This document shows positions 56,335-64,000 of a stretch of 64,000 nt of DNA, one piece after another. The notes beneath the pieces are model-generated. The model saw only the letters and a program-made list of their open reading frames with translations, was not told where the DNA came from and ran no database searches. Positions within the stretch are counted from its first letter, which is position 1. Every line of letters starts with the position of its first letter. The DNA comes from Spirochaetales bacterium (GTDB taxonomy: Bacteria; Spirochaetota; Spirochaetia; JABEVK01): positions 416,001 through 480,000 of the forward strand of contig JBAXAI010000001.1 in assembly GCA_037142615.1 (NCBI GenBank). Direction: 5' to 3'. Made by a program: the position numbers and the translations under genes.

Positions 56335-59300
56335 AGCATTGCGAGCGTTTCTGGGCCTCATTTTGGTGGCGGCCCTCCTTCCTGCCCAAGAGGAAGCCCC
56401 CGATTACTTTCTCGATCCCACACTGGCGCAAGCCCTGCAGCTGGAGGCCGAAGGGTCGTGGACCAGCCGTCTCGCGTGGGGTGGCGGTCTGGTCTGGGGT
56501 CTGTCGGGCGTGTCGGCGGGAATGCCACCTGGTCTAGAGGCCGGTCTGGTCTTCTCGCAGGTTCCCGACTTATCGGTGACGGCCCAGCTTCTGGAACGTT
56601 ACTACCTCAAGGTTGTTTACACGGGCACGGTGGAATCCAACACCTTCGAGGTCGGCTACCACGGTGGTCCCGAAGAATGGCTTCGTTGGGTTCAGGCTGG
56701 AAACACGGCCTTCACGGTTCCTTCCCGCGCCGGGGTAGCGGTGGCCCCGGGTAGGCCAGGTAGCCCTGCTCTCGGCCTGGGCCTGCAAGGTGACTCGATT
56801 TCCCAGGAGTTTCTTCTTCGGTATGAAGATGGTTCACGCGAAGTACGACATTTCCGCGGGTTCGCGCCTGCCGAGGCTTCGGTCGTGTCGCCCGCCAACT
56901 GGATCCGAGGTCGGTTCTTTCAGCTGCCCGCGGGCACCTACCCGTCGTTAAGACTGTGGTTCGAGGACAATCAGCAACCCGACGGTTACCGGGAGGCAAA
57001 AGCCGAAGAGGCGGCCGTGCTCGAATCCGGTTCCATCCGTTTGGAAAAGTCGGCTCAGCTCCGATTGTGGGTTTCGTGGTCCGGCCACGCTCCTGAGCTG
57101 CTCTACGAGCCTGGAAGGAACGCTGTCGCGGAACTGCAGGACCACTATGCCTTGCCGGCCGGCGCGACGGGTCAAGGAAGTGTCGTCGACAAAGCCACCG
57201 GGACCGACAAGGCCGGTTTTGTGGTTACCGCAGAACCGGGGGCCGACTGGTTTGTGGTGCAAGGCCCCGCCGTTCCGCCGTTTCGCCTGATTTCGGAAGG
57301 GCTGTACCCAACTAGCACTACGGGAGTTCCACCGACGCCTGCGGCAGACGTGGATCTTGAGATCCGCTTTCCGGCTGAGATTCCTTCAAAACCACTTTGG
57401 GTCCTCGGTGCCGACGTCGTTCCGTCCAGTGTTCTCGTCACCCGTAACGGCTTTACCGAGACCGAGGTGACCCTTGACCCCTCGAGCGGAAACTTGACCC
57501 CCGATTTCCCCGTCGGCGAGGCCGATCTGGTGACGGTTTCCTTTCAGCGGCAACAGAAGTCGGGCACGTCTCCCGACCTGTTTGCGTGGCAAGGGGGGCA
57601 ATGGAAGCCCGAGGCCAACCAGCAGTTGGAATGGAACTCGTCACTGCGCTGGAACACGGTGCGCAACCGCTTTACGCTGACACAGAATGAGGCCCCTGGC
57701 TCAGTTTCAGCACGGACTCGCTGGACAGGAAGTTTGGGCTCCTGGAGTTGGGACTTGTCGCTGCAAGCCCAAGCCCTACTGGCTGACAGTACCGCTGGAC
57801 GTCGTCTTTTGGCCTTCGACCGGGGTGGACCCACCCTGCCCTACAACAGCGACTCGTTGCGGCCCGCCGCCGCCCCAGGCACGGTCGGATCGCTGGACCT
57901 GGGCCAACTCAGTCGCGGTCAGGCGCTCTACCGGGACTACTTCACCTGGGACGCGCTCAGTGGCGCCAATGTTCTGTCAGCCTGGGGAAAACCCGGGGTG
58001 TCAGCCGAAACGTACACCGACGGAGGCCACCTGGGACCCTATCTCGCTCTGGACGAAAAAACGGGTGCCAGACTGGCTGTACTGGAATCAGCGCTGGGGC
58101 CAGGAAAATGGACGGGGATGACCGTCTTCCTTGACAAGGGACGCCCGGTTGACCTCAGCGCAACAACCCGCGTGCGCCTGCCCCTTCGCCTGCCCTCAGG
58201 CTGGCCCGCAGGAGCGCGGTTACTGGTGCAATTCGGAGCCTTGGGAGAAGACTTCGACGGTAGCGGCGAAGTGAAGTCACTCGCCGCTTCGGCCCCTGCT
58301 TCCCTGCCCTTCACCGACGCCGCGCAGGGGTTCCAGCTCTCGTTTCCCCTGCCAGAGACTTCAACTTGGACGAATGACAGCGACGCTGACGGTGTTGCGC
58401 GACGCTCAGGTGCGGTCCTGACCCTCGAGGTGACCGACCAGGTGCCTCCAGATCCAACGGGCGACTTTGTAGTGACCCTTGACTTGACCGACGCGGAGCG
58501 CTTCTTGCTTTCGACAACCACGGCGTGGTCGCTTCTGGTGGTGAACCCGACCTCCGCCGCGATCGCGTCGTTCCCCCTGCTGGCAGGCCAAGCTCAATTT
58601 CCAGCCGCTACTTGGTCCGTAGCATCGGATCCCGGCGTAGCGGTCGGTTCTGTAGTGCAGGCCGTGGACCTGCCCGATGAAGTGCTTGGCAACCAGAGCC
58701 GCCTCGCCTGGTCGGGCCGTTCGTCGTGGACAGCCACAGCGCGATTTTCCGAGTTTATGCCCAGCCAGTATCGAAGCCTTGCGCTGGAATACCGACTGGA
58801 AGCGGCGGCGGCCACCCAGCTTACGGTTTCGATGGGCAACGCTTCCGGGGACTCGTGGCGCGCTTCGTGGCAGGTGCCTGTGGCGGCTGACGCGACGACT
58901 TGGCAAACCGCAAACCTCGACCTTTCGAACGGCAACTTGTCGGTGGGGGGAACAACGGTTCCAGCGACGGTTTGGGCCCCTGGTGGCACCTGGGACCGAA
59001 TCAGCGTGAGCCAGAACGGCGTCCCAACGGGTGTTCTGTATTTCCGGCCGCCACAGGCCTCCGACGCGGTATGGGACTACCGCTGGGGTACCGACGTCCG
59101 TGTGGCCTGGAGTCTCGGCGATACTCAATTCCGGTTTCGGGGCCTGGAATCACAGTCGCTGGGCTCGCTCCCAAACTGGAAGGCCGAGATGCAGGGACAA
59201 ACGCGTGTCGGTCCAGCTAGTTTCACCGGAGAAGTCACCTTGGACCAATCGCTGGCGGTTCACAGCTTCTACACGGCGGCGCTTTCGCTGGCGGTCCCGA

Positions 59301-60568
59301 ACTCCCCGTGGAAGCTGCAAGGGAAGGATTCCTTCGACGACTCGGGGATACGCCGCGAGTCGGCCTTGGTGCAGCTTCCCTGGTTGGGCACCTGGTCGGC
59401 CGAGGGGACTGCCGACAGTTCGCAGCTGCGGCTGGCGAGAACTTACCGTGCCGGCTGGGCCTGGGATGAGGTTCCGCAGTGGACGGCCACCGCAAACGCG
59501 CAGGTGCAACTGGGTTCCTTCCTGGCGGCGCCGAAACTGGAGTGGACCGACCAGTGGCTTCAAAGTTGGTCGTGGATGGTTCCCGAGACTTCGGTGCAAC
59601 GGACCACGCTGGAAAAGCTCTCCGGCACTTCGAACGCAGGTTTCGGTCCTGTTTCCCTCAAGACAGAGGGTTTAATTCAAGTTCTTCAGTGGGAAGGAGA
59701 TCCTTGGAAGTTCTCGCCGTCGTGGACGACCAAGGCTTCGCTTCCCGTCACGTGGGGAGCCGAGGATTCGCCCTACGTCGTGGAACCCCGGGTCTCGTGG
59801 GACGGGATGGCGTCTTGGGATCTTGCACAAGGGGACACCGCTGAGCGTTTGCCCTCGTTGGCCTGGACGCGATGGAACGGAGGGCTTGCCCCGAGTCAAC
59901 GCCGCGTCAATTCCGCAGCAGGACTCTTGTTCAGCAAAGGGACCTTTCTCGCCCAAGCAGACCTGGGTCAGTCGGTAGGAGTCGAAGCCCTCCAAGCCTT
60001 CGAAGTGACCTCGTTTTCGGGACAGTCCACCGCGAGGTTCGAGAACCTGTTCGGCAGCGCTGGACAATGGCCCGTTTTCCCGGCCTACCGCACCGACAGC
60101 CTGACTTGGACCCTCACGACCCAAGAGAGCTGGGGAACGAGGAGCAGCGACAACGCGGGCCAGGTCCAGGTCGTCCTGCAGCCCGAGGTGTACCTGACCT
60201 CACGTGAAAAACTGGCGCTCGCTGCCAAAGCCGTGTGGCAGTCCTCGGCCACGACGGCCAACCATCTGGAGCTTCAGCCCCAGTGGAGCTGGACTGGCCC
60301 CGCCAATCTGCCGTGGACCCTGCCCGGCTGGATCAGTCCACCTAAGTTCGGGCGGCAGCTCAAGTTTGACACCCGGATGTCGTGGGACTTCGGGGTTCCC
60401 GACGCGACGATACCCCTGCTGCGTCAAGTCGGCGCACGCCACCAAAGCACGCTGACGCTGTCGCCCAAAAGTGAACTTAAGTTAACACTGAACCTCAACC
60501 AAGCGTGGTCGACGGTGGCTTATGTTGTGGGAGTTCAGGCTGCTCTCGACGTTGTCCTGAGCTTCTGA
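56327..60568 (+). CDS. Large exported, probably outer-membrane protein (~1410 aa)
   Basis: GTG start overlapping comFB; signal peptide ..LLPA-Q; Trp-rich amphipathic beta strands; terminal VVLSF. Confidence 0.8.
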   Translation: MNRALRAFLGLILVAALLPAQEEAPDYFLDPTLAQALQLEAEGSWTSRLAWGGGLVWGLSGVSAGMPPGLEAGLVFSQVPDLSVTAQLLERYYLKVVYTGTVESNTFEVGYHGGPEEWLRWVQAGNTAFTVPSRAGVAVAPGRPGSPALGLGLQGDSISQEFLLRYEDGSREVRHFRGFAPAEASVVSPANWIRGRFFQLPAGTYPSLRLWFEDNQQPDGYREAKAEEAAVLESGSIRLEKSAQLRLWVSWSGHAPELLYEPGRNAVAELQDHYALPAGATGQGSVVDKATGTDKAGFVVTAEPGADWFVVQGPAVPPFRLISEGLYPTSTTGVPPTPAADVDLEIRFPAEIPSKPLWVLGADVVPSSVLVTRNGFTETEVTLDPSSGNLTPDFPVGEADLVTVSFQRQQKSGTSPDLFAWQGGQWKPEANQQLEWNSSLRWNTVRNRFTLTQNEAPGSVSARTRWTGSLGSWSWDLSLQAQALLADSTAGRRLLAFDRGGPTLPYNSDSLRPAAAPGTVGSLDLGQLSRGQALYRDYFTWDALSGANVLSAWGKPGVSAETYTDGGHLGPYLALDEKTGARLAVLESALGPGKWTGMTVFLDKGRPVDLSATTRVRLPLRLPSGWPAGARLLVQFGALGEDFDGSGEVKSLAASAPASLPFTDAAQGFQLSFPLPETSTWTNDSDADGVARRSGAVLTLEVTDQVPPDPTGDFVVTLDLTDAERFLLSTTTAWSLLVVNPTSAAIASFPLLAGQAQFPAATWSVASDPGVAVGSVVQAVDLPDEVLGNQSRLAWSGRSSWTATARFSEFMPSQYRSLALEYRLEAAAATQLTVSMGNASGDSWRASWQVPVAADATTWQTANLDLSNGNLSVGGTTVPATVWAPGGTWDRISVSQNGVPTGVLYFRPPQASDAVWDYRWGTDVRVAWSLGDTQFRFRGLESQSLGSLPNWKAEMQGQTRVGPASFTGEVTLDQSLAVHSFYTAALSLAVPNSPWKLQGKDSFDDSGIRRESALVQLPWLGTWSAEGTADSSQLRLARTYRAGWAWDEVPQWTATANAQVQLGSFLAAPKLEWTDQWLQSWSWMVPETSVQRTTLEKLSGTSNAGFGPVSLKTEGLIQVLQWEGDPWKFSPSWTTKASLPVTWGAEDSPYVVEPRVSWDGMASWDLAQGDTAERLPSLAWTRWNGGLAPSQRRVNSAAGLLFSKGTFLAQADLGQSVGVEALQAFEVTSFSGQSTARFENLFGSAGQWPVFPAYRTDSLTWTLTTQESWGTRSSDNAGQVQVVLQPEVYLTSREKLALAAKAVWQSSATTANHLELQPQWSWTGPANLPWTLPGWISPPKFGRQLKFDTRMSWDFGVPDATIPLLRQVGARHQSTLTLSPKSELKLTLNLNQAWSTVAYVVGVQAALDVVLSF

Positions 60569-60609
60569 TTGTTGACAAATGTGTTATACTAATGGCTGAA
60601 GGAGTCATC

Positions 60610-61968
60610 ATGAGTCTGAGAAATCGTGTCTGTGGGGCCTTGAGTGTCCTTGTTCTACTTCTCGGGACAGGGTTGGCAAGTCCGCTCGCCGCTCAAAGTT
60701 CCTCGTTTGGCCTGGCCGGTGGCCTTGGTACAGAAGTGATCGACGGGGTGACGTTCCAAACCCTGTCTATTCTTCCCGACGTTCCCATCGGGCCTGTTGG
60801 GCTCGGTATCGACATGTCGTTCCACTTCCGCTTCTATACGACCGATGCCTTGGGCGTTCAGTCCGAGTTTGGCTTCTACCCGCGCTGGGAAGATTTCTGG
60901 GATACTTCGGCCTCCGTCACCTTTCAGGAGAACTTGTCGAAGTGGACCTCGCGGCTGGCGTACCTGCGCTACGGCAACAAAGGCGACCCGATCAACATTG
61001 TCGCCGGCGCCTTGCCCTCGGTCACGCTGGGCAACGGTTTCGTGGTCGGCAGCTACAGCAACGCCATGCTCCAACCCGCTCAGAAGTTCACGGGAATCGT
61101 GGCCAATTTCGACGGCTCGCTGTTCCAGTTCCCCTATGTGGGGCTCGAGTCCTTCACTGACAACCTTTCGTCGTTTGACCTGATCGGTCTGCGTGTGTAT
61201 GCCAAACCTTTCGGGTTCCTGCTGCCCGATGTTGCGCTACTCAAGGACATGCAAGTCGGCTTCACCGAGGTGATCGACTCCAACCCCTACATTTACGCCA
61301 CCACCACGGGAACCGGTTCCGTAGCGGTGACCGGCGTCGACACCAGCCTGACGTTCTTTTCCAATCCCGTCATTTCGGCCAAGGCTTACGGCGATTTCGC
61401 CCTGCAAGGAAGTCATGTTGGTGGGAATGTGGGCATCGGAGGCACGTTGCTGTCGTTTATCAGCTGGGGTGTGCAGAACCGCTTCCTCGGAGCTGACTTC
61501 CTTCCCGACTATTTCGACAAGACCTACGACCTCAGCCGCGACGCTAAGTACGCGATCTACAGCAACACGGGGACGGTGAAGGTCCCGGCGACGCTGGCTT
61601 GGCAGGCCTCGCTCGGTGGCAATTTGTTCGATACCATCAGTTTCGGGGCGGCCTTGGGTGGCCCCTACGGAAACGCCGCCTCTGCGACCCCAACCAAGTA
61701 CGAACTGCCCAAGCTCGAGTCCTACCTGAGCGTTGCCGAGAATCCCTTGCTCCCCATCACAGTCGATGCTTACTACAACAAAGACAAGCTGACGGGCGTG
61801 GGCGATCTGCTGAGTCCCAAAGACGCGGTGATCGGTGCGCGGATCGGTTACAAGATCGGCAATACCACCATTACGATGGTCTACAGCCTCAAGTACTTGG
61901 AAGGTTCGACGTCGGCCACCCCGTGGGAAACGACCTCGAAGCTCGAAACTGCCATCAAGTTGTTCTAG
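60610..61968 (+). CDS. Putative outer-membrane beta-barrel protein
   Basis: Signal peptide ..LAA-Q; alternating beta strands; terminal IKLF; extended -10 TGnTATACT at 60582-90. Confidence 0.8.
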   Translation: MSLRNRVCGALSVLVLLLGTGLASPLAAQSSSFGLAGGLGTEVIDGVTFQTLSILPDVPIGPVGLGIDMSFHFRFYTTDALGVQSEFGFYPRWEDFWDTSASVTFQENLSKWTSRLAYLRYGNKGDPINIVAGALPSVTLGNGFVVGSYSNAMLQPAQKFTGIVANFDGSLFQFPYVGLESFTDNLSSFDLIGLRVYAKPFGFLLPDVALLKDMQVGFTEVIDSNPYIYATTTGTGSVAVTGVDTSLTFFSNPVISAKAYGDFALQGSHVGGNVGIGGTLLSFISWGVQNRFLGADFLPDYFDKTYDLSRDAKYAIYSNTGTVKVPATLAWQASLGGNLFDTISFGAALGGPYGNAASATPTKYELPKLESYLSVAENPLLPITVDAYYNKDKLTGVGDLLSPKDAVIGARIGYKIGNTTITMVYSLKYLEGSTSATPWETTSKLETAIKLF

Positions 61969-61980
61969 GAGGAATGAAAA

Positions 61981-64000
61981 ATGAAGAAATCCCTGACCGT
62001 CTTATTGGTCCTGCTGGCATTCCTGCCTGGAGTGCTCACGGCCCAAACCGCCAAGGCCCCGGCCGTCGTGCTGGTGTTTGCCGGCGACGACCCCAGTCTG
62101 ATCACAATCAAAGATAGCAACGGCAAGCAGCAGGTGGCCAATGAGGGCCTGAAGATGCAGTCCGGCTGGATCATTACGACCGCTAAGGGCGGCTCGGCCG
62201 AGCTGCAGATCAAGCCCAATGGTTCGATCATCAAGATTGCCTCGAGCACCACGTTCAAGATCAACGACCTGAACGCTGGCGACGGCAAAACAAAGAACGA
62301 TTTTGAGATAGCCAGCGGCAAGATCCGCGCGGTGGCCGCCAAGCTTGCAGGGAAGGAAGGCGAACCCGGCTACTCGCTCAAGACGCCAACCGCCAATTGC
62401 GGTGTCCGCGGTACTGACTTCATCATCAACATCGACGGGGCCCAGGAATCGCTGGTCGTCGCAGAGGGTCTGGTGGACTTCACCAAGGATGCCACCGGCG
62501 AACTTCTTCAGGTCGGTGCCGGCCAGATGGCCGATGCCCTTGCTGCCACGTTTAACCTTTTGCCGCTCGACCAGTCGGCCCTCGACGCGTTTTTCTCGGA
62601 TGTCGGCTTCATCAAGCTCGATCCGGCCGTCGTCAACGCGCTGGTCGCCCAGGCTGTTTCTCAGCAGGCCGACGTCGGCGATGTCAACACCGACAAGGGC
62701 AAGACCACCGATACGGGTAAGGCCGAAGCCAAGCCCGCCGAACCGGCCAAGGACGACCCGATTCTCGCTTGGATCAAGAAGGTTCTCGGTGCCGAGATCG
62801 GTTCCGTGACCATCGACGGGCAAACTTGGTCCAAGGCGATCTTGCAGCCAGTGATTGACACCGACGGCTTCCGTCTCGGCCTGTATCTCCCCATCATCTA
62901 CAAGTCCGACATGTTCAATCCCGACGACTGGTACAAGCCCGCCGGCAACAGTGAGTGGTCGTTCGGTACCGACCAGACTGGCTGGCTCAACATTGGCTTG
63001 GACGCGGTCTCTGACCTTGTGCTCAAGATCCGTTTCTTGGAGCTCGGCCGACAGGGCGTCGATCCGTTCTACCTCAAAATTGGTAACCTCAACACCATGA
63101 GCATCGGTCACGGCACGGTGATGAGCCATTTCGCCAACGACCAGGAGTTCCCCTCGGTCCGCAAGGTTGGCCTCAACGCTGGTGTGACTCTCGGGCCTAT
63201 CGGCCTCGAAGGCGTCGCGGACGACCTGGGATCACCTCAAGTTGTCGGCGGACGACTGTCGCTGAATGTGGTCGGAAACTGGGTCGTGTTTGGTGTGGGC
63301 GGCATCGCCGACCTCGCGCTGGTCGATCCCAAGGGTGGAAAGATCGCTGCGGACTATGGCAACCCGATCCTGATCGTCGGTGGCCTTGACACGCAGTGGA
63401 TCAACCTTGACATCGGAGTACTCCGTGCCCTGGTGTTCGCTGACGCCAACGTGCTCACCGCTTGGTACCAGAACGCCTACACGGCGAACGGTGTTACAGT
63501 GGCACAGGGTCTTGCTCTGGGAACGGTCATTGACAGCAAGGGAGTCCTGAGGTCCTACGGTGCTGAGGCCGGCGTCACCGGCAAGATACTTGGTTTGGTC
63601 GACTACCGCCTGGCGTTCCAGCTGGAAAACGGTCTGTACACCAACCAGATTTTCCGGTCGAACTACTACCGCACCAGGGCCGAAAAACTGACCGCACTCA
63701 ATTCTTACCTGACCGATACAACCTACGCGGCGACCGTCGACAAACTGTCAACGGTGGGTATCTTTGGTAGCACAGGCTTCAACATCCTGAACATCCTTAA
63801 GTTCGAAGGCGCCTACCGCTGGCCGATGTCACTCGACTCGACCGGGAAGATTGTGTTCAGTCCTGACGGAACCTTGGCGACAGTGCAGGACTCGTTGGCC
63901 TTCAAGCTCGAAATCCCCAAGGGAGCCCTTCCCGACTTCATCAAGCTGTCGGGAGCCGTGAGCTACGAACGAACCAAGTTTGTCAGCACGCTGGCTCAGC
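61981..64000 (+). CDS. Partial FecR-domain plus beta-barrel-like protein (runs off window)
   Basis: Manual translation: AGGAGG RBS, signal peptide MKKSLTVLLV.., FecR motif GKIRA..KTPTANCGVRGTDF; later domain paralogous to 60610-61968. Confidence 0.85.
   Translation, partial: MKKSLTVLLVLLAFLPGVLTAQTAKAPAVVLVFAGDDPSLITIKDSNGKQQVANEGLKMQSGWIITTAKGGSAELQIKPNGSIIKIASSTTFKINDLNAGDGKTKNDFEIASGKIRAVAAKLAGKEGEPGYSLKTPTANCGVRGTDFIINIDGAQESLVVAEGLVDFTKDATGELLQVGAGQMADALAATFNLLPLDQSALDAFFSDVGFIKLDPAVVNALVAQAVSQQADVGDVNTDKGKTTDTGKAEAKPAEPAKDDPILAWIKKVLGAEIGSVTIDGQTWSKAILQPVIDTDGFRLGLYLPIIYKSDMFNPDDWYKPAGNSEWSFGTDQTGWLNIGLDAVSDLVLKIRFLELGRQGVDPFYLKIGNLNTMSIGHGTVMSHFANDQEFPSVRKVGLNAGVTLGPIGLEGVADDLGSPQVVGGRLSLNVVGNWVVFGVGGIADLALVDPKGGKIAADYGNPILIVGGLDTQWINLDIGVLRALVFADANVLTAWYQNAYTANGVTVAQGLALGTVIDSKGVLRSYGAEAGVTGKILGLVDYRLAFQLENGLYTNQIFRSNYYRTRAEKLTALNSYLTDTTYAATVDKLSTVGIFGSTGFNILNILKFEGAYRWPMSLDSTGKIVFSPDGTLATVQDSLAFKLEIPKGALPDFIKLSGAVSYERTKFVSTLAQ

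Noticed and set aside
60572-60590. TTGACA...TATACT as a canonical -35/-10 pair
   Set aside because: The spacing is only 7 bp; kept only as an extended -10.
351-63129. Many long antisense or alternate-frame ORFs (e.g. 1074-2495, 29878-31011, 51805-53100, 62002-63129)
   Set aside because: Shadow ORFs expected in high-GC DNA opposite well-supported genes.

Overview
GC-rich bacterial chromosome segment. The gene content suggests a free-living spirochaete (inference): flgF/flgG/short flgJ, a PP2C-STAS-kinase cluster, ComFB and tandem lepB-like genes. The core backbone (hybrid kinase, queA-ruvBAC-yebC, lepB-like pair, smpB, DnaJ-domain gene, tmRNA; later tRNA-Thr, 7TM kinase, flg genes, tRNA-CAT, partner-switching cluster, outer-membrane protein cluster) is interrupted by two accessory regions. 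(1) A compact ~5.8 kb element is integrated in the tmRNA 3' end, bounded by 24-bp att repeats at 11932-11955 and 17721-17744. It encodes an integrase, RteC-like and HTH proteins, a gene II/X-type Rep, a small-terminase-like protein and two cargo genes, and is a candidate minimal phage satellite. (2) A ~19.5 kb eroded island ends at tRNA-Thr(CGT). It carries a PIF1 helicase, a metallophosphoesterase, an AAA ATPase, an apparently split two-gene ECF sigma factor facing a WYL regulator, four intact toxin-antitoxin modules and many gene fragments. All family calls come from motif recognition by eye; no database search was run.
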